Positions 39,001 through 52,389 are shown, counted from the stretch's first letter. The stretch: DNA of 64,000 bases from Eledone cirrhosa (GCA_964016885.1 OZ024756.1:35092001-35156000); one strand, 5' to 3'. A program made the numbers and translations. Notes: generated from the letters alone by a model not told the origin.

Positions 39001-39596
39001 GGTGATAGCATAAGATGTCTGTGGATATTTATGTTCATTAGGGTATGGTTGATAGACTGTGACAGGTGGAGATGGCGACCGAGGTCTTTTCATTCCTTGA
39101 AGACGCTGCTGAATCTGAAAAATAAAACACAGAAGGTTTTGTGTATATAAAAGAGAGAGAAAGTGTGAGTGTTGAATGTCTGTCGGTTTCTAGAACAAGT
39201 ATTCCAGTTGTTTCAACAATGGAACAGCGTACTCGTGAAGTTAACATGCAATGGTGTTAATGTTTCAGATGCTAGTCCTTCATCAGAAACAGACACAGAG
39301 AGATGAAAAACAAGAGGAAAAAAAAAATTGTCAGACATCTTACACACGCATACGTATGTATGCATACTTACTGGAATGAGGGGCTGATGAGGTTTGTACA
39401 AAGTGGGTCTTCCAGTGACCCCAGGGTGAAGTAACATTGGGTGGCCTGTCACAGTATATGAGTGTTGGAAATTTAAAAGTTCACTGAAAACAAAATACAG
39501 AAATTAGTTGGTGCTCCAACAGAGTTTTAAGACTGAAAAACCAGTAAAATAGTAACAGTTTCTGACATAGTCACACACCCTGGCAATATATATAGA

Positions 39597-39633
<37 letters not shown>

Positions 39634-41852
39634 CAAGATTAAAAAAACAACAAAAACAGTCTTAATTTCATATTTGTGGGAAAAGGAAAACGAAAGTCTT
39701 AATGTATTGGATGTTAGTCTTTCATGAGGAATGAGTAAAGTTAGGAGAAAGAGAATGTTGAAAGGGTGAAGAGGGAGGAAAAAGATTTATAGGACGGATG
39801 CAGTGAGCAGGCAAGAAGTCATCCCTGAGCTAAAACCATAATAAAACAACAAAAACTAAACAGTTCACCTTTGTTCCTTCAACTGTGCTCTTCTTCTGGT
39901 TTCATCTTCCTGATGTAGTACTTTCTTCAGCTGAGAAAATAATTCATGTTTCTCATTCTTCAGAGATTCTTGCTTTGATTCCATCATACCAATCTGTAGA
40001 AATTGGAATACACAACTTTAAACATATTCATAACAAACTGCATGGACTTACACTACCTTTAGTTTTATGATACAAAGCTGTTCATTTCACATTTATTTAT
40101 CTTATTAGGCTTATGAATTCATGATCATGAGGACCTTGCTAAAGGCATTCAAAATCAAGACAGTGGTGCTAAACCAGGTGATGGATTAAGTCTCCTATCC
40201 AAATAGGGCCACTGCAGCATATTCATATATTTAGTATCTAGCTTAGCCCCTATGCAGTGAATTGGCAGAGTCATTAGAGCACTGTATTAAATGCCTTGGT
40301 ATTTGTTCTGGCACCCTATAATCTGTGTTTAAATCCCATTGAGGTCAACTTTGCTTTATATCCTTTCAGAGTTGATAAATAAAGTTCCAACTGAGGTCAG
40401 TGGATATGTGGAATTGTTAAAGTGTCGGATAGGATGTCTTGTAGAATCTGATCCAGTTCTATGTGTTCTGAGTTCAAATCCAACCTTCTGGAGCGGCAGA
40501 TAGCATCAGTAACGGAAAGATCAATCTGACAATCGGCTCCCTTTTTAACATCTATACTATAAATATTATAAACAATATTCAATAAATACAGGAAGAGAAT
40601 TTTACTAAATGCGTTTGTAAATATCATTTCATACCTGATCTTTTATTTGTTCAAGGGTTAAATTATCTTCTTCTTGTTTCTTTTTCTGCAGCTCTCGTTC
40701 TTTTTTTAACCGTTCAACTAAAGCATCGTGTTCTTGTTCTGATAAAACAACCAAAGGAGGAGAAAATAAAAGTAAACAGTTTACCATTTTACTGACATCA
40801 GGAACAAATGCAGGGATACAGTGTACCTATTCTAAACCAAATACACACAGGGATACAGTATATATATACTAAACTAGTTACACAAACATACACACAGCGA
40901 TACTGTGTACCTATTCTAAACTAGTAACACTCACATGGATACAGAATATATATACTAAACCAGTTACACACAGCGATACAGTGTACCTATTCTAAACTAG
41001 TAACACTCACATGGATACAGAATATATATACTAAACTAGTTACACACAGCGATACAGTGTACCTATTCTAAACTAGTAACACTCACGGGATACAGAATAT
41101 ATATACTAAACTAGTTACACATAGCAATACAGTGTACCTATTCTAAACTAGTAACACTCACATGGATACACAATATATATACTAAACTAGTTACACACAG
41201 CGATACTGTGTACCTATTCTAAACTAGTAACACTCACGGGATACAGAATATATATACTAAACTAGTTACACATAGCGATTCAGTGTACCTATTCTAAACT
41301 AGTAACACTCACATGGATACACAATATATATACTAAACTAGTTACACACAGCGATACAGTGTACCTATTCTAAACTAGTAACACTCACGGGATACAGAAT
41401 ATATATACTAAACTAGTTACACATAGCGATTCAGTGTACCTATTCTAAACTAGTAACACTCACATGGATACACAATATATATACTAAACTAGTTACACAC
41501 AGCGATACTGTGTACCTATTCTAAACTAGTAACACTCACGGGATACAGAATATATATACTAAACTAGTTACATACACATATACACAGCGATAGTGTACCT
41601 AGTCTAAACTAGTAACACACACAGACACAGTGTACCTATTCTAAACTAGGTACACAGCACATTTGGCAAGAGAAACTCAAATATACAAATTAAATAAAGG
41701 TGGTGTCTTAACATAGTCACAGTCAAATGGCTGAAACAGGCGAAGGAATAAAGATTACCTTGTTTTTTCTTCTCCCTTTCTCTCATAATGTGGCGCTTCA
41801 GAGCTTGATATGTGGCCACTGTCATCTTGGGACGATCAATTAGAACAGGCAT
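28248..41852 (-). CDS. GPS2: G protein pathway suppressor 2, 10 coding exons, ~403 aa
   Basis: Exons 41852-41759, 40738-40635, 39993-39869, 39483-39372, 39114-38955, 38005-37763, 31544-31429 (alt donor 31411; NAGNAG acceptor), 29651-29562, 28956-28867, 28325-28248 join in frame. N-terminus MPVLIDRPKMT..ALKRHIMREREKKKQE and EKHELFSQLKKVLHQED match the GPS2 coiled coil; the C-terminal half is Q/P/Y-rich, so those exons are less certain. Confidence 0.88.
30610..30915 (-). mobile_element. Degenerate RTE LINE fragment
   Basis: RSRIQAAEMGFLRRV..HVVRMSQERIA..RPKGRPQARWLD. Confidence 0.75.
33160..34132 (-). ncRNA. Four type I hammerhead ribozyme motifs (33160-33202, 33470-33512, 33780-33822, 34090-34132)
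   Basis: Minus strand reads GUAGUC-CUGAUGA-AUUCU(AACA)AGAAU-GAAA-CGCG-UA-GAUUAC: full core, stems I and II, palindromic minimal stem III, GUA cleavage triplet. Confidence 0.85.
34243..35215 (+). ncRNA. Four type I hammerhead ribozyme motifs (34243-34285, 34553-34595, 34863-34905, 35173-35215)
   Basis: gtagtc CTGATGA attct aaca agaat GAAA cgcg TA gattac in each inverted unit. Confidence 0.85.
35424..36061. repeat. 91-93-bp minisatellite, 7 copies
   Basis: CTATGAGG unit starts at 35424, 35517, 35610, 35701, 35792, 35883, 35976. Confidence 0.95.
38060..38590 (+). mobile_element. Degenerate RTE LINE RT fragment
   Basis: PWELLYADDL and KWPCSVC remnants similar to 15140-15650, with frameshifts. 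Confidence 0.8.
40815..41650. repeat. ~75-76-bp minisatellite built from two ~38-bp subunits, ~10 copies
   Basis: GATACAGTGTACCTATTCTAAACTAGTAACAC and GATACAGAATATATATACTAAACTAGTTACAC alternate. Confidence 0.9.
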
Positions 41853-42870
41853 TTTTGGATCGATCTTCACAACCTCAATTCTGAAAGTAGAAGATCAGTT
41901 TTCTTTAACTCTTAACACCATGTATCACTTGAAACCACATTAAAACATTCTTGGAAAGTATCAAACAATTCTATGACAGCATCACAATAAAATCAAATTC
42001 TTTACAACAAGCATTTTCTAGCCATCTATAATAATAATACCATTCCATGTTTGTTCGAACTGCTAGAAATAGCAGTCAATTTTTCCTCAAATCACAACCT
42101 ACTGCCATGAAAGGGTGGGGCAGAGATAGATTGGATAATGTAGTTCTAGAGAGAAAGACGTGGTGGTTGGAACTGGAATGTCTTTCATCATAGGTCTGCT
42201 GAGTTAGCTAAACAACAACGACGACCCACCCACGAATTACTTCTTCAAACGTCAAAAATTGGAAGGGGAGGGAGAAGGAAAGAGGTTTAAATATAAGTAA
42301 TCAAAAATTACGCGGTCAATTGACCAGTTTAGCTATAGGAGCCAAATCTCATCTAAAAACTGAAAAAAGGATGTAAGAGACAATGTAATCATATTAAAAG
42401 AGAGGATGGTTACAGTTTAAACACCTTTGATCCAACGACTCTTGTAGCAACAACGGTATATAATAAAATTTCAATGTGTCTTCCTATAAACAAATAATAC
42501 TGGCTTTATTTTGGGATTGTCGAGGTTTTGTTGGATTTTAAAAGGAAACACAATTTTGTTATGTATGTTTTGTTTTGTTTTCTGAATAAAAGACAGTATA
42601 AGGTAAACTGTAAATAACTAAAATAAAATTATTTATCTAGATACAACTTAACATTCTATAAACAAATAATTGTTTCTACTTTTGGCACAAGGCCAGCAAT
42701 TACCCAGTGCATTACTGCTTAATTCTGGCTCGTCGCGTTGTATTTTTTTTAAAGACACACCATTTTATTGAGGGTGTTGTTTTTCTGAAAAGACAGTACA
42801 AGACTAAATAAATAAATAATAAGTAATTATTCATTAATTAAAGAAAAATCTTTGATAGAATATTAATTAC

Positions 42871-42965
42871 CTTAAATATTTTCGGTCAAATGTCCAAAAT
42901 AAGAATTCATTCTACAATATATCACTCTTTCGTGCAGGAAGGTAAAGAATTCCACTTCCGATCTC
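42871..42965 (-). promoter_or_regulatory. Probable non-coding first exon / promoter of GPS2
   Basis: Donor AAG|GTAATT at 42871/42870, acceptor at 41881 just before the ATG exon, and an ETS-type CGGAAGTG at ~42953-42960 on the minus strand. Confidence 0.4.
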
Positions 42966-43552
42966 CTCCTTTCTAGCTTCTCATTATTTCTGCAAAGAAT
43001 ATTTGTAACTTTCGAAATTATTTATTATTTATTTTTTTTCAAATATTGTATATTTTATTTCAATTAAATTATATAATATAATATTTATGATTTTCAAAAG
43101 GAACAAATCAATATATATATATTTAATATCAGAAAGCAGAGAAAAAGCAGAGAAATCGTGCACATTCAATTATACACTACAGTAGGGATTGTTGGTGTTG
43201 CTCTGAAAAAAAAAAAAAAAATGTGTGGGGCAACCCAAAACATTCGCGATATTACCGCAGGTTATTGTATGGCTAAGACGCTGGAATAGCCGAGCACCCA
43301 CACCCTCAAGCATGGCCCGATACTGCGGTAAGACGAGTCGCCAACAATGACAAAAATCCTGTTCTCAGCGGCGTAGCTCTTTCCGAAAGTCCTAATGCTA
43401 CGGGCATTATTTAAAAATTACTTCATAAGGCGATAGGTGCCTCTGCCTACAGGGATACTTTACCCAATTTTCTTAACCCTTATTTATAGTGATCAACTAT
43501 TATGATTATTTGCAGCAGGATACACACACACACACACATATATATATACAGA

Positions 43553-44340
43553 CACATTTGATGGAATTTAAGGCATTCTTGGGATCTAGTTTGAGGATAA
43601 CCTTTGGGGTGTCAGAGGGCAAGCTAGTAAAAGCTCATGGCGTGAGCGGCTGCCCCAGGGCCCAGCTTGGTATCCACTCATAGCTGTATAGAGGAAAATT
43701 CGGCGAACCATCGTAGAGTACAACCAACTGGTATGGGGCGGAGGTCATCATTGGGCTTTGTGAGGCCAAACAGTTTAGCACCAAAGAAAAGGGGTTGAAT
43801 GAAAGAGAGGACACTCTCAGGTGAGAACAGATTAACAAACTAGGTTAGGTTCTCCAAGAGCTCAAGGCCGCCATTTCCGTCCGACAAAGAGATACCATCC
43901 ACGAAGTGTTGAGGTTATAGATCATTAATCCCTATGTCAGAACCCACTTAAAATGATGTAATCACCTTCTGGACGTTATTTGGGGGTGAAGACAGGTTGT
44001 AAATAATCTGGTGGATCGGACCAGTGTAAGTGGTCATCCGGAAGAATCAGAAGGTGTTTCTCCCTCAGCCGATTGAGGAAATCAGTAGTGCACTGGGTGA
44101 GAGAGGATAGAGAGTAAGTTCAGTGATCGTCCATTGTTCGGAACTGAGTTAATCACCGACCTAAGATGCATAGAAGTTGAAGAGGACTCAAACAGCCATT
44201 TCATGGAAGATGTGAGGGGTCTGGTTTTTGCGTTAATCACATGGAGAGAAACGAGGGGAAATAAGAAGAGTTTCTTGGGATCCAGTTGATGAGTTTCAAC
44301 TTAGAAAACCCCGGAGGGCAGCGGCAACATCCTCAACAGG
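43553..44340 (-). mobile_element. Fossil CRE-like non-LTR retrotransposon RT fragment
   Basis: Reads ..PQHFVDGIS..LLENLT*FVN..FFGAKLFGLTKPNDDLRPIPVGCTLR..KVILKLDPKNALNSI, resembling CRE-clade RT motifs (GGxRPIAVGxxLRRL; LKLDFxNAFN). Confidence 0.6.
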
Positions 44341-44543
44341 GATCTGGACTTAGAGCAAGTTTAGGAGCGAGCTAAAACAGAAAAAAATATTCTGTGTTTG
44401 TGGGGAAATGGGTGTAAGATGTTGACATGAATGTTGTATGTGTGTAAACATTTAAAATAGTAAATTCAATAAATGCAAAAGTGGAATAATTCACCCCCAA
44501 TCGAAACCACCAAGTGCATTTGAGAATATATATGTATATATAT

Positions 44544-44860
44544 ACAAGTAAAATTCCGTTATAACGAATACCATTATAACGAATTTTTCAGTATAACGAA
44601 CTTTTTTCAATCCCCAGCCACAAGCTTATGAAAACAACGATAAAAGAATCTCGTTATAAAGAAATTCATTACAACGAATATATTTCAGTAGAACGAACGA
44701 AAATTGAACCTGAAGCAGCCAAGATTCCTCGCTACAACGAAAAAAAAAAAGGATTTTCGACACGCCTCTTCTCACAGGGATCCCGGCTGGAGTTGCATCC
44801 CTTTACGGTAAATTTTACCGGCTACGAAGCCTATTTGAAAATTATTCAAAAGAACATCTG
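44544..44860 (+). mobile_element. Tc1/mariner-pogo MITE end fragment
   Basis: TA-CAAGTAAAATTCCGTTATAACGAA followed by repeated TATAACGAA motifs typical of such ends. Confidence 0.45.
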
Positions 44861-45069
44861 AAACACACGCGCTCACATACATATATGTAGAGGTTTTATT
44901 TAATTTGTTGGGATACAACAAGCAAAATATTTTTATAACTGATATAAAGCACTTAACAAATTATTGGAGTAAATATACAATATATTAATAAATGTAAACT
45001 ATATTTATAAAGCCATATTTATTTCATTATACATATTTCAATATTTATTTATAAAACTAACCTATATTA

Positions 45070-45135
45070 TATTTTATCTGATGAAAGCGCACCATAGTTT
45101 GCTCTGGTGGCCCTTGAAATATGTATAATGAAATA
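45070..45135 (+). ncRNA. Dispersed minimal type I hammerhead motif (family A)
   Basis: tattttat CTGATGA aagcgcacca..tggtggccctt GAAA tatgta TA atgaaata, inside a ~290-bp repeat (44890-45180). Confidence 0.65.
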
Positions 45136-45314
45136 AATATGGTTTTATAAATATAATTTCCATTTATTAATATATTGTACATACATATATATATAAAATT
45201 ATCATAACATAAAATACATTACTAAAAAATGATTTAAAGTTTTGAGGATTTTCTACGCAAGTTTATCATATGACAGAAAACAATCGAAGGAAACATATTT
45301 GAACATATTTGAAA

Positions 45315-45637
45315 TACAGTTGTTCCCCGGTATTCGTGGGGGTTACATTCCTGGAGCACCCACGAAGAGTTAAAAACCGCGAATATTGGACGTGGTCCAT
45401 AAAAAAGCTTCTAAACGTCAAAACATAACGTAAAATATAGGCAGGCAAATACGATGTATCGTTATTAATAATTTAGCGTGAAAAAAAAATATATTGCCAC
45501 GAAAAAAAACATGAAAAAATCGTGGAAGATATTTTACGATTCCGCGAATATGCGGTGGTTTCCACGCACAATTATTAGTTAGGTTCTAAGGAAAATTCCG
45601 CGAATAAACGTGACCACGAATGCCGGGGATACATATA
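45315..45637. mobile_element. pogo/Tigger-like MITE
   Basis: TA-CAGTTGTTCCCCGGTATTCGTGG at left, CCACGAATGCCGGGGA at right (imperfect TIRs), repeated CGCGAATA sub-motifs. Confidence 0.6.
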
Positions 45638-46097
45638 CAATTGAGGTTAACTATTATTAATGGAGAATAAAAATTATTTTTTTAATTTAAAAAAAAAAAG
45701 GCTCTTTTTCACTCGAATAACTTTCTATGATATTATAACTTCATATTTTATTAGCTGCTCTTTCATGACACACAACCACAGGAAGTATTAGGAAGAAATG
45801 ACGGAGTAATTTTTTTTGTTTCGTTCTTGTTCGTTCTTGTGGCTAAGAAGACCTCATTTCAATGTAATTATAACTATTATTATTATATGATATATTATTA
45901 TTACTATATTTATTATTAATATACAATTAAATGTCTCTCTATTTAAATTAACTCCTTTCGTTTTAAAATATCATCAACGTTAATCACCGGACGACGTATA
46001 TAATAATATTCAAATATATTTCTAATTGCTATCACTGCGAAAATTTTTGTCGTGTTTTATAAAAGAAAGAAAGGAAAAAATATTTGCTTTTGATTAG

Positions 46098-46163
<66 letters not shown>

Positions 46164-47014
46164 TAAATATGTAATGTGTGTGTATTTCTGTATGGCTATA
46201 TATTTGTAAGTATGTGTCTCTCTCTTTATATATATATATATAAAATATGTGTTGAATGAATTCTCATATATTTCGATCTATATATTATTCTGTTTTCTTG
46301 TCGATGCAGTCATTGCCTTACCATTCATGATCAGTAATGGGTGTGTGTGTGTGTGTATATATATATATTGTACATAATTCACATATGTATCTGTATGCCG
46401 TCACATGCTGAAACAAACTAAGGGCCGCGAGAATTGGTGACATCCTGTGTTGGAGAAGTCCCGCATACCACCATAAAATGTGACCATACCAGACCCGATC
46501 CGTGCACGTACCCCTCATCCCATTAGCCACCTTTAATAGCGATCCTCATCATCACCGTATGTCCCTACTCCATTCTATAAAGTAGTTGATGATAGGAAGG
46601 CCATTCGGCTGGGGAAAACCTGCCCACCCCTTCCACAAAAAAGGCCCCGGGAGGACTCTTCAGTCATATTGAAGTCGCGACAAACTCCCCTATTGCTATT
46701 GCTATGAAAAAGGGCACCCAAAGTAAGAAAGATGGTAACCAAAAATAGAACTGGAAATTTTTCTAACCTGAAAATAGACGTGTGGGAAATCCCCTGATAT
46801 TTATATCTACTTTCACATTCAAGCCTACGTTGGGCTAATGTAGGTTACACTATTTTGAATAAATGCAAAGTCAGTTGTAGCTACACTGAAAAGCGCGCGC
46901 GCACGCACACACACGCACACGCACACACACACACACACATATTTCATCATTCTCGGGTCGATATAATTGTCTTTACATTCCTTCGAAATTGTCGAACTCA
47001 GATTCATAACCTAC

Positions 47015-47094
<80 letters not shown>

Positions 47095-47413
47095 CCTAAC
47101 CACTACCATGCTGGTCGATACATCGATCTCCACCGTTCAATCGACCCTCTGAAACGATCGTAAAACAATGAACTCACTCTCTACCTAAACCTGACTTCTG
47201 TTTTTATTGTTGAAAGACACATATATTTATTCGTCATCGTTTTTCCACGTTTGCATGGGTTGGACGGGTCCTTATCAGCATGTGGTTGGCGTTAGGAAGG
47301 GCATCCAGCGGTAGAAATCAAGCCAAAATCTGCCCTGTGTGAGTGAAACAGTCCTCTGACCTGATCTGTCCCAAAATGACAGACCTAGCGTGGAAAATGG
47401 ACGTTAAACGATA

Positions 47414-47845
47414 ATGATGATGATGATGATGATGATCATCATCATCATTTTACGTCTGTTTTTCCCTGCTTGCAAGGGCTGGATGGGTCCTATTCAGCAC
47501 AGCATCTCTCCACTTGTCACGGTCCTTCGACATCTGGGTGAGTTTCAGCAATCTGAGGTCTGCTCTCACCACCTACGCCCATGTTTTTCGTGGTCTACCT
47601 CTACTGCGTCTTCCCTCCACTGGGACTTCCTGGCACTTCACCCAGCGGTCATCCTCCGTGCACATCACATGTCCATACCATCTCAAGCTTCTCTGCTGCA
47701 CACCACAACTTATCCCTCTTATACCCAGTTTCTTTCTCAACTTGTCTATGCTTGGTTGTTCACGCACAATGACATTGCACATCCAACGGAACATGCTAGC
47801 TTCATTTCTCTCCAGCCGTTGCATATCTTCTGCAGTTGCTGCCCA
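47414..47845 (-). mobile_element. RTE LINE 3' fragment
   Basis: [29 protein letters not shown] on the minus strand. Confidence 0.8.
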
Positions 47846-48385
47846 TGTATATATGTGTGTATATATATATATATATGTGTATATATATATATGTGTGTAT
47901 ATATATATGTGTATATATATATATCCCATGCAAGTGTGGAACATGGACGTTAAACGATGATGATGATGATATGTGTGTATATATATGTATATATATATGT
48001 GTGTATGTGTGTATATATATGTATATATATATATGTATGTGTGTATATATATGTATGTATGTATAAATGTATATATATATATGTGTATATATATGTATAT
48101 ATATATATATGTGTATGTATGTATAAATGTATATATATATATGTATGTATGTATATATATATATATATGTGTGTGTATGTATGTATATATATATATGAAT
48201 ATATGTGTGTGTATGTATATATATATGAATATATGTGTGTGTATGTATGTATATATATATGAATATATGTGTATGTATATATATATATATATATGAATAT
48301 ATGTGTATGTATATATATATATATGAGTATGTATGTATATATATATGAATATATATGTATGTATGTATGTATATATATATGTATG
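47845..48385. repeat. (TA)n/(TG)n compound microsatellite
   Basis: Low-complexity TATG/TGTA sequence. Confidence 0.95.
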
Positions 48386-48389
48386 TCAG

Positions 48390-49677
48390 GTCACCAGTTG
48401 GTGCTACTGGTAACATGTATCCCAGTACAACCTGTCTCATGGTCGGGTCGTTGGCGACTAAACTGGCAACCCCACCAAGGTTTCTTGGTGAGGAGGGTGA
48501 CTTTGGACATCCTGCAGGACTAAAAACAAAACCTGTCAAAGGGCAAAGGAGCTCTTAAGAGTCAATGGCCATCCAAAATCACCGGGAGAGATGACCCCTT
48601 AGCCTTTGTCAAGGCAGAATTCTAGGAGAAGGAAAACTCTGATATAACACCTGCAACCCTGATGGTATCCAATGATGTTGACTTGTTCTTCTTTTTGGTA
48701 AATATCATCTTGGTTAAGAGAGTGGGACTGGCTTTGTGCAATGCCTTTGCTCACTATAAAAGCTTCACGGCACAGGCATTGCTTTATATCTGGAGATCTC
48801 TCTGCACTTGTCGTCACATGGTACCATGGGCCCAACACTATGTGTCAATAATTGTCACAAGTGTAGTCTTTGTACCAGAGTTTTCAAGTCGCTGGCTGGA
48901 CTAAAAAGTCACACTCGTTCAGCGCATCAGTAGGGGTTCTCCTACATGGATATAAAGTAGTGGCCGTACTCGAAAACGAGTTGGCAGCCACCATATATAT
49001 ATGAATATATATGTATGTATGTATATATATATGAATATATATGTATGTATGTATATATATATATATATGTGTATCCCAGTACAACCTGTCTCATGGTCGG
49101 GTCGTTGGCGACTAAACTGGCAACCCCACCAAGGTTTCTTGGTGAGGAGGGTGACTTTGGACATCCTGCAGGACTAAAAACAAAACCTGTCAAAGGGCAA
49201 AGGAGCTCTTAAGAGTCAATGGCCATCCAAAATCACCGGGAGAGATGACCCCTTTAGCCTTAGTCAAGGCAGAATTCTAGGAGAAGGAAAACTCTGATAT
49301 AACACCTGCAACCCTGATGGTATCCAATGATGTTGACTTGTTCTTCTTTTTGGTAAATAGCATCTTGGTTAAGAGAGTGGGACTGGCTTTGTGCAGTGCC
49401 TTTGCTCACTATAAAAGCTTCACGGCACAGGCATTGCTTTATATCTGGAGATCTCTCTGCACTTGTCCTCACATGGGCCCAGCACTATGTGTCAATAATT
49501 GTCCTACCATGGGCCTAGCACTATGTGTCAATGATTGTCACAGGTGTAGTGTTTGTACCAGAGGTTTCAAGTCGCTGGCTGGACTAAAAAGTCACACTCG
49601 TTCAGCGCTTCGGTAGGGGTTATCCTACATGGATGTAAAGTAGTGGCCGTACTCGAAAACGAGTTGGCAGCCACCAT
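48390..49677 (+). mobile_element. Two tandem ~600-bp copies of a non-autonomous LINE-derived element (48419-48992, 49071-49677); related copy 63195-63550
   Basis: Near-identical direct copies separated by (TA/TG)n. Each has CTAGGAGAAGGAAAACTCTGA (RTE-like 5'UTR motif) and a terminal C2H2-like CSVCTRGFKSLAGLKSHTR. Confidence 0.7.
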
Positions 49678-49794
49678 ATGTGTATGTATGTATGTATATA
49701 TATATATATAACAAAGGGGTCCTACTCGTTCCTATATATATATATATATACACAATATATTAACAAATGGAAACTATATTTATAAAACCATATT

Positions 49795-49860
49795 TATTTC
49801 ATTATACATATTTCAAGGGCCACCAGAGCAAACTATGGTGTGCTTTCATCAGATAAAATA
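49795..49860 (-). ncRNA. Dispersed minimal type I hammerhead motif (family A)
   Basis: Reverse complement reads tattttat CTGATGA aagcacacca..tggtggccctt GAAA tatgta TA atgaaata; host repeat 49750-49990. Confidence 0.65.
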
Positions 49861-49992
49861 TAATATAGGTTAGTTTTATAAATATAATTTCCATTTATTT
49901 AATATCGTAAATATACTCCAAATACTTGTTGAGTGCTTTTATATCAGTTATAAATATTTACTCGTTGTAACCCAACAATTTAAATAAAACTT

Positions 49993-49994
<2 letters not shown>

Positions 49995-50026
<32 letters not shown>

Positions 50027-50380
50027 TGTATATATATAAATATATATATGCATGTATATATATACATATATATGTATATATGTGTAAATATGTGCAAGCA
50101 GGGAAAAGCGGACGTAAAATGATGATGATATGTGTATATATATATATGTATATATCTGTATATATCTGTATATATGTATATACATATGTGTATATATATA
50201 TATATGTGTGTATATAAGTATATATATATGTATATATGTATATATATATATGTGTATGTATGTATATATATATGTGTATATATGTATGTAAATATATATG
50301 TGTATATATGTATATATATATATATATATATGTGTATATATGTATATATATATATGTGTATATATAGATGTGTATATCTA
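49995..50380. repeat. (TA)n/(TG)n compound microsatellite
   Basis: Low-complexity TATG/TGTA sequence. Confidence 0.9.
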
Positions 50381-50384
50381 GATA

Positions 50385-50915
50385 GACGGTAGCTACGGAG
50401 TAGGCAGACCCAGAAAAACCTGGGACGAGCTGATAAATTCCGACCTCACACACTTACACCTCTCCAAGACAATGTCACTGGACCGAGACCTTTGGCGGTA
50501 CTCAGTAATAGAGAAGACCCGCCTTACCTAAATACAAAGTAAAACCTACTACAGTCAGTAGGCATCTCTAACAAAATACACCCCCGTCCCACCACCCCCA
50601 CCCCATCCACACCGCCCCTTTCAATGTAAAGTTATGTTGGTGCCACAACATCCAGGCCGAAACAAATGAGATTGTGTAGTTGTCACGACAAAAAACACAC
50701 AGTCCACGCTGTAATGTGGCGGTGTAGGCAACACGGTAAAAACCTCCCAGCCCCACACTGTAAATGTGGTTGGTGTTAGGAAGGGCATCCAGCTGTAGAA
50801 AACTCGCCAGACAGGTCCTATGCGAGCAAGACAATCACTCTTGCCTCAAGTGGGAAAACCCCCGTCCAACCCATGCAAGCATGGAACATAGACGTTAAAC
50901 GTTGATGATGATGAT
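50385..50915 (+). mobile_element. RTE LINE 3' fragment
   Basis: GRPRKTWD, then 3'UTR and (GAT)n tail; paralog of 2400-2943. Confidence 0.85.
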
Positions 50916-52370
50916 GTATATATATATATATATGTATATATATGTGTATATATGTATATATATATGTGTATATATGTATATAAATATGTGTATATATGTA
51001 TATATATATATATATGTGTATATATGTATATATATATATATGTGTATATATGTATATATATATATATGTGTATATATGTATATGTATATATGTGTATATA
51101 TATATGTGTATATATGTATATATATATATGTGTATATATGTATATATATGTGTATATATGTATATATATATATATGTGTATATATGTATGTATATATATA
51201 TATATGTGTATATATGTATATATATATATATATATGTGTATATATGTATATATATATATATATATGTGTGTGTATATATGTATATATATATGTGTATATA
51301 TGTATATATATATATATGTGTATATATGTATATATATATATATGTGTATATATGTATATGTATATATGTGTATATATATATATGTGTATATATGTATATA
51401 TATATATATGTGTATATTATATATATGTGTATATATGTATATATATATATATGTGTATATTATATATATGTGTATATATGTATATATATATGTGTATATA
51501 TGTATATGTGTATATATGTATATATGTATATATATATATATGTGTATATATGTATATATATATGTGTATATATGTGTGTATATATGTATATATATGTGTA
51601 TATATGTATATATATGTGTATATATGTATATATATATATGTGTATACATGTATATACATATGTGTATATATGTATATACATATGTGTATATATGTATATA
51701 TATATATGTGTATATATGTATATATATATATGTGTATATATGTATATATATATGTGTATATATGTATATATATATATGTGTATATATGTATATATATGTA
51801 TATATATGTATATATATATGTATATATATATATGTATATATATATATGTATATATATATGTATATATATGTATATATATATGTATATATATATATGTATA
51901 TATATGTATATATATATGTATATATATATATATGTGTATATGTATATGTATGTATATGTATATATATGTATATATATATATGTGTGTATGTATATGTATA
52001 TATATATATGTGTTTATATGTATATATATGTGTATATATGTATGTATATATATGTGTATATATGTATATATATATATGTATTTATGTATATATATATATG
52101 TGTATATATGTATATATATATATGTGTATATATGTATATATATATATATATGTGTATATATGTATATGTATATATATATATATGTGTATATATGTATATA
52201 TATATATGTGTATATATGTATATATATATGTGTATATATGTATATATATATGTGTATATATGTATATATATATATGTGTATATATGTATATATATATATG
52301 TGTATATATGTATATATATATCTGTATTTATGTATATATATATATGTGTATATATGTATGTATATATGTG
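50916..52370. repeat. 1.45-kb (TA)n/(TG)n compound microsatellite
   Basis: Continuous TATATATGTG-type repeats; source of the YI/CV-rich ORFs. Confidence 0.97.
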
Positions 52371-52389
52371 GCTTTATTGTAGCACTGGC

